Shown here piece after piece: positions 37,587-47,072 of a stretch of DNA of 64,000 nucleotides. Numbering within the stretch: the stretch's first letter is position 1; the number at the start of each line of letters is the position of its first letter. Position numbers and translations under genes: made by a program. The stretch lies in the IMG/VR virus record IMGVR_UViG_3300027022_000002. One strand, 5' to 3'. The notes under the pieces are model-generated. The model was not told where the DNA came from, searched no databases, and saw only the letters and a program-made list of their open reading frames with translations. The stretch comes from an uncultured virus (IMG/VR IMGVR_UViG_3300027022_000002) (Duplodnaviria; Heunggongvirae; Uroviricota; Caudoviricetes).

Positions 37587-38795
37587 TTACGTCCCGTCGT
37601 CGGGGTTGGTGGGGTCGACCCCCACCCGCTGCGCGAGCGTCGCGAGGCGAGGCGAGCCGCTGCGAGGCCCGGCGTCGCGGCACATCTGGCCGACGATCTC
37701 CCGCACCGCCGGCCGGGACCGCAGCTCAGCCGGGGCGATCTGATCCGCCTCCAAAAAGGCGTCCACCGCGCTGGTCGGGTCACCGGCGAGGTAGTGGCCG
37801 CGGCCCGCGTCGATCAGCAGCCGGCAACGGCGCTGCGGGTACCGCAGCTCTGCCCGGTTGACGCGGCGCGCGAACTCCGGGGCGCGGTGCGGCTCCCCGT
37901 TTTCGAGGGCGATGGCGACCAGCCAGGTCGCCACGTTCGCCGGGGTGAACTCCATCAGCCAGGTGTCGTCGCCGGGGCCGACGCGGCGCAGCGCGTCGCG
38001 GGCCTGCGCGTGCCAGTCGGCGGCTTCGGCTGCCTGGTCGAGGCTGGCGGCGGACAGAGCCGCGTGCAACGCGTGCATGCCGTACCAGACGCCCATCTGG
38101 CCATCCGCCCGGTCGCCGATCGCGCCGGCGGCTGTGGCCGCGATCCGGGACGAGTAGCGCTGACTGCCGCCGGTCAGCGCGGCCTGGGCGACGGCGAACT
38201 CAGCGGCGGCCAGTTCGGATGGGCGGCCGAGCCGCAGCGCCATGTCGTGGGCGCGTTCGGCGAGCCGCATCGACAGGTCGACGTGGCCGAGGCTCTTGAT
38301 GCCGGTGGAGCCGGCGAACGCGGCCCGGACGAACAGGGCCCGGCCAGCGGTCTCCGTGGCAGGGTGCTCGGCTAGGGCCCGGGTGTCGCGGATCAGGCCG
38401 GGCAACAGCATTGCCAGATGCACGTAGGCGCAGGACATGCGGGCTTGGTGGGCTTGGCGGGCACGTTCGGCGACCTCGGGCACGCTGGGCGGGTTCGGCA
38501 GGTCCGTCGGGTGTTCATCGAGGGCCCTCCTGATGTCCGGCGCGGCCCGGTAGGCGGCCAGCTCGGCCCGGTCGCGGGGCATCCGGGGCTGGTCGGTGAG
38601 GTCTTCAACCTTGCAGCCGACGGCGTGCGCGATGCTGTACAGGAGGCGGCGTTTAGTGATGGGCCGATTCCCGTTCTCGATCATCGACACGTACTCGCGG
38701 CTGATGCCGACCGCGTCGGCGAGCTGCTGTTGTGTCATGCCGGAGGTGTCGCGCCACCGCGCGACCCGTAGTCCGATGTAGTCCTCGCGCCCCAT
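37587..38795 (-). CDS. XRE-family transcriptional regulator with TPR-like C-terminus
   Basis: GMTQQQLADAVGISREYVSMIENG; ~400-aa actinomycete XRE-TPR architecture. Confidence 0.9.
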   Translation of the reverse strand: MGREDYIGLRVARWRDTSGMTQQQLADAVGISREYVSMIENGNRPITKRRLLYSIAHAVGCKVEDLTDQPRMPRDRAELAAYRAAPDIRRALDEHPTDLPNPPSVPEVAERARQAHQARMSCAYVHLAMLLPGLIRDTRALAEHPATETAGRALFVRAAFAGSTGIKSLGHVDLSMRLAERAHDMALRLGRPSELAAAEFAVAQAALTGGSQRYSSRIAATAAGAIGDRADGQMGVWYGMHALHAALSAASLDQAAEAADWHAQARDALRRVGPGDDTWLMEFTPANVATWLVAIALENGEPHRAPEFARRVNRAELRYPQRRCRLLIDAGRGHYLAGDPTSAVDAFLEADQIAPAELRSRPAVREIVGQMCRDAGPRSGSPRLATLAQRVGVDPTNPDDGT

Positions 38796-38815
38796 TGGTG
38801 ACCCCCTTCTGGCGC

Positions 38816-39097
38816 TTACAGGTCGATCTCGACGAGGTCGACCAAGATGTCCCCCGCGTCGAAGGTGCGGATGCCGGCTTCGCCGGTGTCGACGCCGAAG
38901 GCTTCGACACCGATGGTGCGGAACCGCTTCCTCCCACCGTAGAACCTTTCGGATTCCAGTGTGTATGCCTGCCCCATGACGGTCGGCATCATGGACGCCG
39001 GGCCGCGTCCGATGATCTCACCGGCGCACCTGAACACGACGGGACGCCGCTGGCTCTCGGCCAGCGGCGTCTCCTGGGGTAAACCGTCCACGGTCAT
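38816..39097 (-). CDS. Hypothetical protein
   Basis: ATGA coupling to traB. Confidence 0.5.
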   Translation of the reverse strand: MTVDGLPQETPLAESQRRPVVFRCAGEIIGRGPASMMPTVMGQAYTLESERFYGGRKRFRTIGVEAFGVDTGEAGIRTFDAGDILVDLVEIDL

Positions 39098-41268
39098 GCC
39101 GCACTCCTCAGAAATTGCTGGGCGTAGTACCGCCCGCGCTCTGCGGGCTGCACTACACCGTAGAACGCCTTGCAGATCGCCAGATGCCGATACACGGCCT
39201 TCTGTCCGCCAGCCGACAGAATCCCGCGTCGGACCAGCTCCTCCTGTAGCTCGGCGGCGGTGCAGCCCTTCGCCCCGAACGACGCGATCACCTTCGCGAT
39301 CTTGTCCGGGGTGGACTCGTCACCCGGCCGGTAGCCGACCTCGGCGGCGCGCTCGTCGAACGCCTCGGCCGCGCCGGCCTCGACGTCCGACCAGTCTGCC
39401 GCGCCGACCATGTCCTCGAACTGCTCCGACACGCGGCGGCGTGCCGCTTGGTGCGGCATCTCCGGGAAGAAGTCCTTGCCCTTCGCGGCCAGCTCCTCGA
39501 ACCGGCGGTCCCGCTCGGCGCGCTCGACGTCCTCGAACGACAGGCCCTGCCACGGGCCGCGCGCCATGCCGATAGCCCAGCCCATGCGGCGGGTGTCTTC
39601 CCACCGGTCGGCGTAGCCGTGCCGGCAGGCCACCTCGTAGCCGAGGGTGCCTTCCATCAAGCCGGGGACGATCTCGCTGCCGGAGATGGCCGCCTGGTAG
39701 ATGCGGCGGTCCAACTCGTCGTTGTCGCCCATGAACAGCACCTTGCCCGCGAGCGGCACGTCCGCCGACGTGGACGTGCCGATGACGGCACAGCCCTTGT
39801 GGATGAACTTCGTCGCGAGGCGGGCCATGTCGCCGGCCTTGGGGAACACCTGCGCGGCGTCCTGCGCGTCCTGGAAGCCGAGCCCGATGCGACCGGAGAT
39901 GTTGGCGAGGGCGTCGCCGGGGCCGGCGGCGGTGACGGTGCCCCGCTGCGAGCAGATGACGAGGGTGACGCCTTCGCCCGCGCCTTTGGCCGCGAGGGCT
40001 TTGATCAGGTCGGCGACCTCATGGTTGGCGTCGAGGAACGTGGTCACCTCATCGATGACCACGAAGATGTGCGGGTTCTGCTCCGAGATGACGGTCTTGG
40101 AGCCGCCGAGGGCGGCGAACGGGCGCGACTGCGCGATGTCCAGGGCGGCGCGCAGCATCCGGATCAGCTCCCAGGTGTCCACGCAGGCCCAGTCGATGAC
40201 CGGCCGGGACAGCGGCTGCTTGGTGCGGGGGTGCACGGCCCGGTCGGTGAACGCCTTGATCCAGCCGGGTACGAACCGGCCCTTGCCGTCACCAGCCCAC
40301 ACCACCGCGTCGTAGCAGTGCGCCAGACGGAACAGGATGACGTTCAGCAGGTTCGTCTTGCCGCACCTGGACAGGGCGATGATCAACCAGTGGATCTCCT
40401 GGGTGGGCATATACATCGGGGTGCCGTCGGCGTAGAACGCGATGATCAGCGCTTCCTTGACCGACCGGGGCTTGGTGTCGTTCTCGTCCAGCCAGATCGT
40501 CTGCTCAAGGATGTCGACGTAGTCGATCCGGACCAGGAAGTCTGTTGAGGACCAGCGGTTGGAGTTGTCGCGGGCTCGGGTGATCTGCACCGCCCCGGCG
40601 GCGACGCCGGGCAGCCACACCTCCAAGTTGCCTTCCAACGCCTGGACGTCCTCGAACCGCAGCTTGCCCGTGGCGGGTAGCCGCATGTGGATGATCTCGT
40701 TGCCGACCTTGTCCTTACGGGAGCCGATGAACGCCACTCCCTCTTTCCCGTAGCTAGAGAACCACTTCTCCCACTTGAGGGCGGTCTCGGACCGGCGGGG
40801 GGCGGCCGGGGCGGCGGACAAGGCGGGCGCGGCGGTGTTGCGCTGCTGGCTGATCTTCATCCAGCGTGCCAGCTCATGCGCGTCCTGCGCGTCCTTGACC
40901 TGCCGCCAGCCGAACGAGGCGACCAGCGCGGCGACGGTCAGGATGACGGCGGCGACGGCAGGCCCGTCGCCAGTCCACGGCAGGCGGGTCGCGCCGACCG
41001 TGACGAACAGGCCGGCGCAGGCTCCGGCGGTGATGACGGAGATCCGGGCGACCTCGCAGAACCGCTCGCCGGCGACGGACACGAACGCGGTGAGCGCGAT
41101 GGCCGCGCCGACAGCCGCGCCCGCGAGGAGCCCGAGGCCGAGGGTGTAGATGCCGCCGGCGATGACCGCGCAGGCGGCGATGCCGATCGGCGGGGCGAAG
41201 TATGAGGCGGTTGACCAGGGCCTGGACATCCAGGTCCGGGTCAGCCGGGCAGCTGGGTCGCGGCTCAT
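39094..41268 (-). CDS. traB: TraB-like FtsK/SpoIIIE conjugal DNA translocase
   Basis: N-terminal TM helices, degenerate Walker A (ALSRCGKTN), Walker B VVIDE, SQR motif, PVIDW motif, C-terminal wHTH-like region. Confidence 0.8.
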   Translation of the reverse strand: MSRDPAARLTRTWMSRPWSTASYFAPPIGIAACAVIAGGIYTLGLGLLAGAAVGAAIALTAFVSVAGERFCEVARISVITAGACAGLFVTVGATRLPWTGDGPAVAAVILTVAALVASFGWRQVKDAQDAHELARWMKISQQRNTAAPALSAAPAAPRRSETALKWEKWFSSYGKEGVAFIGSRKDKVGNEIIHMRLPATGKLRFEDVQALEGNLEVWLPGVAAGAVQITRARDNSNRWSSTDFLVRIDYVDILEQTIWLDENDTKPRSVKEALIIAFYADGTPMYMPTQEIHWLIIALSRCGKTNLLNVILFRLAHCYDAVVWAGDGKGRFVPGWIKAFTDRAVHPRTKQPLSRPVIDWACVDTWELIRMLRAALDIAQSRPFAALGGSKTVISEQNPHIFVVIDEVTTFLDANHEVADLIKALAAKGAGEGVTLVICSQRGTVTAAGPGDALANISGRIGLGFQDAQDAAQVFPKAGDMARLATKFIHKGCAVIGTSTSADVPLAGKVLFMGDNDELDRRIYQAAISGSEIVPGLMEGTLGYEVACRHGYADRWEDTRRMGWAIGMARGPWQGLSFEDVERAERDRRFEELAAKGKDFFPEMPHQAARRRVSEQFEDMVGAADWSDVEAGAAEAFDERAAEVGYRPGDESTPDKIAKVIASFGAKGCTAAELQEELVRRGILSAGGQKAVYRHLAICKAFYGVVQPAERGRYYAQQFLRSAA

Positions 41269-41339
41269 GATGTCCGGTCCTCCGTGGTCGCGGGTGTTGT
41301 GTGGAGTGATGGGGGGCCGGCGACCGCCGACCCCCCATC

Positions 41340-41373
41340 AATGTAACGCCTTGCCTGTATTGGGTCAATGCAA
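41340..41373 (-). promoter_or_regulatory. Promoter for traB carrying the shared operator
   Basis: TTGCA-TTGACC-N17-TACATT on the minus strand. Confidence 0.7.
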
Positions 41374-41388
41374 ACGGGGTGTGTCCGG

Positions 41389-42108
41389 TCAGACGTTGGT
41401 CAGGTGCTCGTTGCGCCGGGGGTCGTCGAACCGGCGCAGCTCATCAGCGGCGGTCGCCTCGTACGCTTCGGCGGTGCTGACTGCGTGCCCACACGCCGTG
41501 CGCATCGTGGCGGCCTGCGACCACCACAGCTCGACCAGCCCGTCGCCCGCCCCGGGGAACTGGGCGATTCCCCGCTTGACGACCTCGTTGCAGGCCCGGG
41601 AGACGTGCCAGAACGTTGGGTTGAGGCCGCGTAGGAACGCGCGGAGGTCCGGCGGGTTCTGCGGCCGGTACCGCCACACGTTCAGCTGTGCTTCGGCGAA
41701 CGCCCGGCGGGCCGGGCCGAGGTCGATGCCACGCGGCCCGTGCGCCGGGACGTTGTTCCACTGCTCGTTGTAGCGGGGCTGGGTCGCCCGCTGCACGTCG
41801 TTGGGGTTGGCCGCCGTGTACGCGTTGTGCGCGGCGATGAAGAACTGGTACATCCCTTGGTAGGCGGCGGCCAGGTTGACGCCGTAGTCGGCGACCTGCG
41901 GGTCCACCGGGTAGTCGGACGGTAGCTGCGACGTCCACCGGTGAACCTCGGTGGCCAGCTCTGCCCACAGGAGGGCAAGCCCGGACAGGTGTTCCAGCAT
42001 GGTGTTGACCCGGTCGGGCATCTGCCCGTAGACCTGGTCGGTCGCGCCGAGCAGCGGTTCCTGGGTCGGGTGGGGCTGCCAGCCGGGTACCGGCTTGTAC
42101 TGCGCCAT
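41389..42108 (-). CDS. TraA-like plasmid transfer accessory protein
   Basis: Two helical repeats ending D..R...PR.NE...NV; directly upstream of traB. Confidence 0.5.
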   Translation of the reverse strand: MAQYKPVPGWQPHPTQEPLLGATDQVYGQMPDRVNTMLEHLSGLALLWAELATEVHRWTSQLPSDYPVDPQVADYGVNLAAAYQGMYQFFIAAHNAYTAANPNDVQRATQPRYNEQWNNVPAHGPRGIDLGPARRAFAEAQLNVWRYRPQNPPDLRAFLRGLNPTFWHVSRACNEVVKRGIAQFPGAGDGLVELWWSQAATMRTACGHAVSTAEAYEATAADELRRFDDPRRNEHLTNV

Positions 42109-42147
42109 GGTGTGTTTCTCCTTCGCGGTTGGGTGTTGCGGTGTGGT

Positions 42148-44781
42148 TCAGATGTTTGCTAGGTGCTCGTTCCGGCGCGGGTCGTCGAACCGGGCCAGTT
42201 CGGCGACCGCCGACGCTTCGTAGGCGTCTGCGACGGCGATGGCCGCTGACGCGCAGGACCGCAGGGTGCGGGCTAGGTGGGCGGGGAATCCGCCGGGCAG
42301 GCCGGACGCGGTCGACGCCGCCGCGACCTGCCGGTAGGTGCCGTCCAGGCCGCGTAGGAACGCCCGCAGGTCGGCCGGGTTGGCTGGCTGGTAGCGGCCG
42401 AACAGGTCGGCGTGTTCGCCGGCGAACGCGTTGCGGGCCTGCGTCAGCAGGGCCCGCTCGCCGTACCGGTCGGCGTCGTCGACGGCCGGTCGGGCCGCCG
42501 CCTGGCGGGCGGTATCGGCGAGCTGCCGGTAGGCGACCGCGACGGCGCGCAGCAGGTCGGTGACCTGCGGCGCGATCGGGTAGTCGCCGGTCAGCCGCCG
42601 CCCGAACCCGGCGACGTCGCTCGCCGCGGCGTCCCACATCGCGGCGAGTCCGACCAGGTGGTCGGCTTCGTCGGTGCCGCTGCGGATGGCGGGGATGCCG
42701 ACCAGTTGCCGACCCCAGCGGATCAGCTGCTCCTGCGCGGGGTGTGGCGGGTACTCCCGCCGGCCGGGCAGCGCCGTCGGCGCAGCCGTCGGCACCTCGA
42801 TCGTTTCGACGGCGGGCGGTTCGGGCAGCCGGACCGCCCGGCGGGCGGGTGCCGGTGTGGCGGGGATCGCCGGGATCGGCGGGGCCGGCAGGGCGGGCAT
42901 CGTCGGCCGGGCCGCGCAGGCGACCCGGACGGGTCGGCGGCGCGGCGGCTGCGGATAGGTCGCCTCTGCCCGGATGGGCCCGCTGTACGGGTGGCTGCGG
43001 TGGCGTGCCGCCGCGCGGTCGGCGCGGCGCTGTGCCCGTTCGGCGTCGCGGCGTGCGGCGGCGTCGAGCCTGGTGATGGTGGCGCGGAGCGCCCAGGCGG
43101 CGGCCTGCGCTGTCGCCTGGTCGTAGCGGTGCGCGGTGTAGCCGGCGGCGAACGACACCCGGTCGCGGGCAGGCCGGGTCTTCGTGGCCGTCCACGCCGT
43201 GGCGGTCGCGGCGTTGGCCTTGACCCGCTGGCCGGCGGCCGTGCCCTTCGCTCGGGTCCAGTCGGCGGCGGGCCGCGCCTTGGCCTTGGTCCAGTCGGCG
43301 GCGGTGTCCGCTTTGCCCTGCGCCCACGAGCCTGCGACCCGGGTCTGCACCCAAGCCGCGTTGCGGGCCTTCTCGGCGTGGCGGGCAGCCCGGTACCGGA
43401 CCGACGCGGTCTGCCAGCGGGCGGCCCGCCAGCCCATGCCGGCGTACCGGGAGGCCCGCAGCGAGGCGCGTTGCGTGGCGCGGCCGGTTTTACGGCCGGC
43501 GACCGACACGCCTTTGACGATCTTCCCGTCCGTCCAGGCCATGGTCCGGCCGGTCCAGTCCATTGCGACGGCGAACGCGCCGCCGTTGCGGCGGGCCCGC
43601 TGCTTCGCGGCGAGGACGGCCTTGGCCAGCTTGCGGCGGCGGGTGGGGCTGATCCCGTCCGCCTTCATCAGCGCTTCGGTCATCCGAGTGCGGCTGGCCG
43701 GGGACATCTTGCCCGCCCAGCTGCGGGCACCCAGCGCGGTGCGCGGCAGCGAGCCGTAGTTCTTCTTGTTCAGGGTGGGGAACTTGCCCTTGCCGCCGGT
43801 CTTGTCCTTCTTCGTCTTGCTGCCGGGGGTGGCTTTGCCCGCCACTGCGGCGCGGCCCGCTTTGCCTCCCGGGGCGGTGCCGCCCTTGTTCTTGCCGCCC
43901 GGGGTGAGGCCCTTGCCGGTCTTGTTCTTGCTGCCCGGGGCGGTGCCGCCCTTGGCGGTCTTGTTCTTGCCGCCGCCGAGGCCGAGGGTCTTCCCGGCTG
44001 CGGCGAGGCCCTTCCCCGGGCGGCCCTTGCCGCCCGGGGTGAGTCCCTTGCCCGCCTTGCCCTTCCCGCCGGGGGTGAGTCCTTTCCCTGCGGCGGGGCG
44101 GCGGCCGGCGAGCGCCTTGCCGAGCGGCGACCCGGCCGCGGCCTTCTTCCGACCGGGGCCGGTCGACGTACCCGCGCCGGGGCGGGCCTTGCGGCCGGTG
44201 AGCCCGCCGGCCGGGCTACCGCTCTTGGCGCGGCGGCGGCCACCGGACGGGCCGGCGGACGCCTTGGTGTTACGGCGCGGCCCGCCGGAGCCGCCGCGTC
44301 CCCGTCGGCCGCCGGTGAGGCCGGCGAACGCGCGCGCTTCGCGGCGGCGGGCGGGTCCGCCGTTGCGGCGGTCGGCGGCGGACGCCTTCGCGGCTCCGGC
44401 TGCGACGGCGATGCCGGCGGCGGTGGCCAGCAGCACCGCGCCGCCGAACACGTTGAAGATCACCAGCCCGGCTGCGCCGGTGACGACGACCAGGCCGGTC
44501 GCGATGGTGCCGACCGCGCTGCCGGGCGTCTCGTCCTCGTCGTCCTCGCCGCTGTCGGGCTTGGCGTCGGGGGCGGGTTCGGCGGCGGTGGCGGTGGTCG
44601 TCTCGGCCGGTTCCGGGTCGTCGAGGGCGATGTCCGGTGCCGTCGGGGTGGTCGGTTCGGTTTCCGGTTCGGGTGTCGGGTCGGCCGCGTGGGCGGCCGG
44701 GGCGACGGAGACGTAGTTGTCTCCGTCTTCGTGGCTGACGTGCACGGCGTCGCCGTACTCGCCCCCATCCATGGTGGCCAT
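42148..44781 (-). CDS. Large membrane-anchored low-complexity transfer protein with TraA-like C-terminus
   Basis: Two TM segments, Gly/Lys-rich repeats (GKGLTPGGK), C-terminus paralogous to 41389-42108. Confidence 0.6.
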   Translation of the reverse strand: MATMDGGEYGDAVHVSHEDGDNYVSVAPAAHAADPTPEPETEPTTPTAPDIALDDPEPAETTTATAAEPAPDAKPDSGEDDEDETPGSAVGTIATGLVVVTGAAGLVIFNVFGGAVLLATAAGIAVAAGAAKASAADRRNGGPARRREARAFAGLTGGRRGRGGSGGPRRNTKASAGPSGGRRRAKSGSPAGGLTGRKARPGAGTSTGPGRKKAAAGSPLGKALAGRRPAAGKGLTPGGKGKAGKGLTPGGKGRPGKGLAAAGKTLGLGGGKNKTAKGGTAPGSKNKTGKGLTPGGKNKGGTAPGGKAGRAAVAGKATPGSKTKKDKTGGKGKFPTLNKKNYGSLPRTALGARSWAGKMSPASRTRMTEALMKADGISPTRRRKLAKAVLAAKQRARRNGGAFAVAMDWTGRTMAWTDGKIVKGVSVAGRKTGRATQRASLRASRYAGMGWRAARWQTASVRYRAARHAEKARNAAWVQTRVAGSWAQGKADTAADWTKAKARPAADWTRAKGTAAGQRVKANAATATAWTATKTRPARDRVSFAAGYTAHRYDQATAQAAAWALRATITRLDAAARRDAERAQRRADRAAARHRSHPYSGPIRAEATYPQPPRRRPVRVACAARPTMPALPAPPIPAIPATPAPARRAVRLPEPPAVETIEVPTAAPTALPGRREYPPHPAQEQLIRWGRQLVGIPAIRSGTDEADHLVGLAAMWDAAASDVAGFGRRLTGDYPIAPQVTDLLRAVAVAYRQLADTARQAAARPAVDDADRYGERALLTQARNAFAGEHADLFGRYQPANPADLRAFLRGLDGTYRQVAAASTASGLPGGFPAHLARTLRSCASAAIAVADAYEASAVAELARFDDPRRNEHLANI

Positions 44782-44782
44782 T

Positions 44783-46237
44783 TCAGTTCACCTCGCTCGA
44801 GGACGGCAGGCCGTACCGGGTGCGCACGTCTGCGGGGATGTCGCCGGCCCGCCCGGACAGCGACTCGATCAGCCAGCTGATCGTGAGAAGGGTCGGCTTG
44901 CCGGTGATCAGCTTGCCTTGATTGTCTCGAGCGCCAGCGGCGACGATGTCACGTGCGGTTACCTTCTCTGCCCGGGTCGACCATGTATAGGCGTCCGGGA
45001 CGCCAGCGGCGGCGGCCTTCTCCCGCTCCTGCTGGTCGATGTGCCGCTGCACGGTGGTGATCGCGGCGGCGTACCGGTTCAGCAGGGCCGCGTACCGGCC
45101 GTCGGCGTCAGCGGGGTCCGGGGCGGGCGGCATGTCGTCGACCCGGCCGTTCTGGCGCGGGGCGGGCACGTCACGGCGCGCCGGCTGCGGAAGCACCGCT
45201 GCGGGCTCGGTGGTGACGTCGGGCAGGTTCGGGTTGCCCTTGGCCAGATCGAAGGCGGCGGTACGGGCAAGCACTCGGCGCGCGACCTTCTCCCGCAGGG
45301 CCGGGTCGTCGGCCAACCCGTAGTTGTTCGACAGGTAGTCGTTGATGGCGAGCACCCGCATACGTCGCCACCAGCGGACCGGCACCAGCCAGGACGGGGT
45401 GGCGTTGTAGGCGGTACCGACCTTGACCAGTCGCGTGATCCGCAGGTCGAGGTCTTGTTCGCCGACGCTGCGTTTGTCGGCGGCGGCCAGGTTGAGCCGA
45501 ACCTTCAACCGGTGAACGAGCTGCTTGACCGCGCCGGGCTCGCCGATGGTGCGGTAGATGCGCATCATCTCGCCGGACACCAGGCGTTCGAGGAGGAAGC
45601 CGGCGAGGATCGGCAGCATCAGCCGGAATGGGGAGGCCCAGCCGGAGGCGTCGGTGGCGGCGAAGGTGCCGGACATGAGGAGCACGGTCCAGCCGGCGCG
45701 GCCGTCGACGTCGACCATGGCGTTGTCGACGGCGTCCTCGTGGTCGAGGTCGGTCACGTCGGCGTCGGGGTCGGCGTCGAGCCGGGTCCGGCGTTCGGCG
45801 TCGCGGGCGGCGAACCGGGCCGCGCGTTCGAGTCGGAACTCCCGGGACATGGCGAAGAATCCGACGGCGGACACCTCGAAGATCGACGCGAGGACGATGC
45901 GGAATGTCAGTTCTTCGATTTTCATCTGGTGGTCGAAGAACCGAAGCATTCCGTCGTAGGTGATCGCCATTGCGATCCCTGTTGCGAAGAATAGGGCGGT
46001 CCAGCCGAGTTTGCTCGTGCCGCGTTTCTTCGCGGCTTCGCGGGCGCGGGCGGCTGCGGCGGAATGCGCGCCGCCCCGGCGACGCCGGATCACGACGTAG
46101 ACCGTGAAGGCGATCACGAAGGCGATCGCGAACGCGGCGGCGATGACCTCGCCGATGCTGAGCCAGTCGGGCCATACGTCGGCAGCCCAGGCGAGCGCGT
46201 TTCGCGCCCAGTCGGGAATCCAGCCGGGGATTTCCAT
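44783..46237 (-). CDS. Multi-TM Spd/DUF2637-like spread protein
   Basis: Several TM helices followed by a helical domain; first gene of the tra operon. Confidence 0.55.
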   Translation of the reverse strand: MEIPGWIPDWARNALAWAADVWPDWLSIGEVIAAAFAIAFVIAFTVYVVIRRRRGGAHSAAAARAREAAKKRGTSKLGWTALFFATGIAMAITYDGMLRFFDHQMKIEELTFRIVLASIFEVSAVGFFAMSREFRLERAARFAARDAERRTRLDADPDADVTDLDHEDAVDNAMVDVDGRAGWTVLLMSGTFAATDASGWASPFRLMLPILAGFLLERLVSGEMMRIYRTIGEPGAVKQLVHRLKVRLNLAAADKRSVGEQDLDLRITRLVKVGTAYNATPSWLVPVRWWRRMRVLAINDYLSNNYGLADDPALREKVARRVLARTAAFDLAKGNPNLPDVTTEPAAVLPQPARRDVPAPRQNGRVDDMPPAPDPADADGRYAALLNRYAAAITTVQRHIDQQEREKAAAAGVPDAYTWSTRAEKVTARDIVAAGARDNQGKLITGKPTLLTISWLIESLSGRAGDIPADVRTRYGLPSSSEVN

Positions 46238-46254
46238 TTCAGTGCCTCCGGGTG

Positions 46255-46560
46255 TGGGTCAGCGCGGTCAGGGTGACCGCTTCGCGGGGCTGACCGGGCC
46301 GTGGCGCGGTCAGGGTCGGGCTGTGGGTGACCGGGGTGACCGGGGGGCGGTCGGTGCCGGTCGGGTCGGTGGGGGTCGGGGTGACCGGGGTCAGGTCGGG
46401 TCGGTCAGGGTGACCGGGTTGGGGGGTGACCGGGGCGGGGTGACCGTGACCGGGGTCAGGGTGACCGGGTCGGTTGGGTCGCCGGGCGGTCAGGGTGACC
46501 GGTCGGCGGGTGGTCAGGGTGACCGGGGTCAAGGTCAGTTCCGGGGTCATGGTGACCATC
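46255..46560. repeat. Dense GGTGACC/GGTCAG short-repeat field (candidate clt)
   Basis: About a dozen GGTGACC(G) copies interspersed with GGTC(A/G)GG within ~300 bp. Confidence 0.75.
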
Positions 46561-46629
46561 ATTGCAGATCTGTGGGAGTATTGACAGTATCGACAGTTCA
46601 GGTTTCCTTGATCAACAAGAGGCGGTCAG

Positions 46630-46872
46630 GTGAGCGAGCAGTGGTTGAGCGTCGCCGAGGCGGCGATGGAGACCGGCCTCTCGGAGGCCACCGTCAGACG
46701 GTGGGTTGACGCCTTCCTGGCTGGCGGCCAGCCGGGTTCCCCCGGGGTCCTCGTCGGCCGGCTGCTGCTGCTGCGGCGCGGGCGGGGCAGGGTGCGCCAG
46801 GTCGACGCGGGCGACGCCCGGCGGGTCGCCCGGGAGCTGGGAACCGGACCGCGCCCCGTCACGGAGGGTTAG
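46630..46872 (+). CDS. Excisionase-like/MerR HTH protein
   Basis: WLSVAEAAMETGLSEATVRRWVD. Confidence 0.65.
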   Translation: MSEQWLSVAEAAMETGLSEATVRRWVDAFLAGGQPGSPGVLVGRLLLLRRGRGRVRQVDAGDARRVARELGTGPRPVTEG

Positions 46873-47072
46873 TCACAGGGTGTGACTTGGCGGGTGCGAC
46901 CGGGCCGGAATCGGCTGTGACGAGGTGTGACTTCACCCGAACGCGAACCGGGACGAACCGCCACATAGTGGGATGATTTTTGGTCACAGTCACAAGGTGT
47001 GACCGCGAAACAAGGGGGGTCCTGAGCGCTACCAGCGCCCAGGACCCCCCTTGCCCGTCTTGAAGGTGTGAC
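46872..47072. repeat. Four GGTGTGAC repeats plus a long hairpin
   Basis: GGTGTGAC near 46878, 46924, 46996 and 47065; hairpin CAAGGGGGGTCCTG...CAGGACCCCCCTTG at 47011-47053. Confidence 0.7.

Noticed and set aside
46239..46562. 107-aa ORF MMVTMTPELTLTP...
   Set aside because: The translation merely reflects the GGTGACC DNA repeats; treated as a cis-acting repeat field, though translation cannot be excluded.
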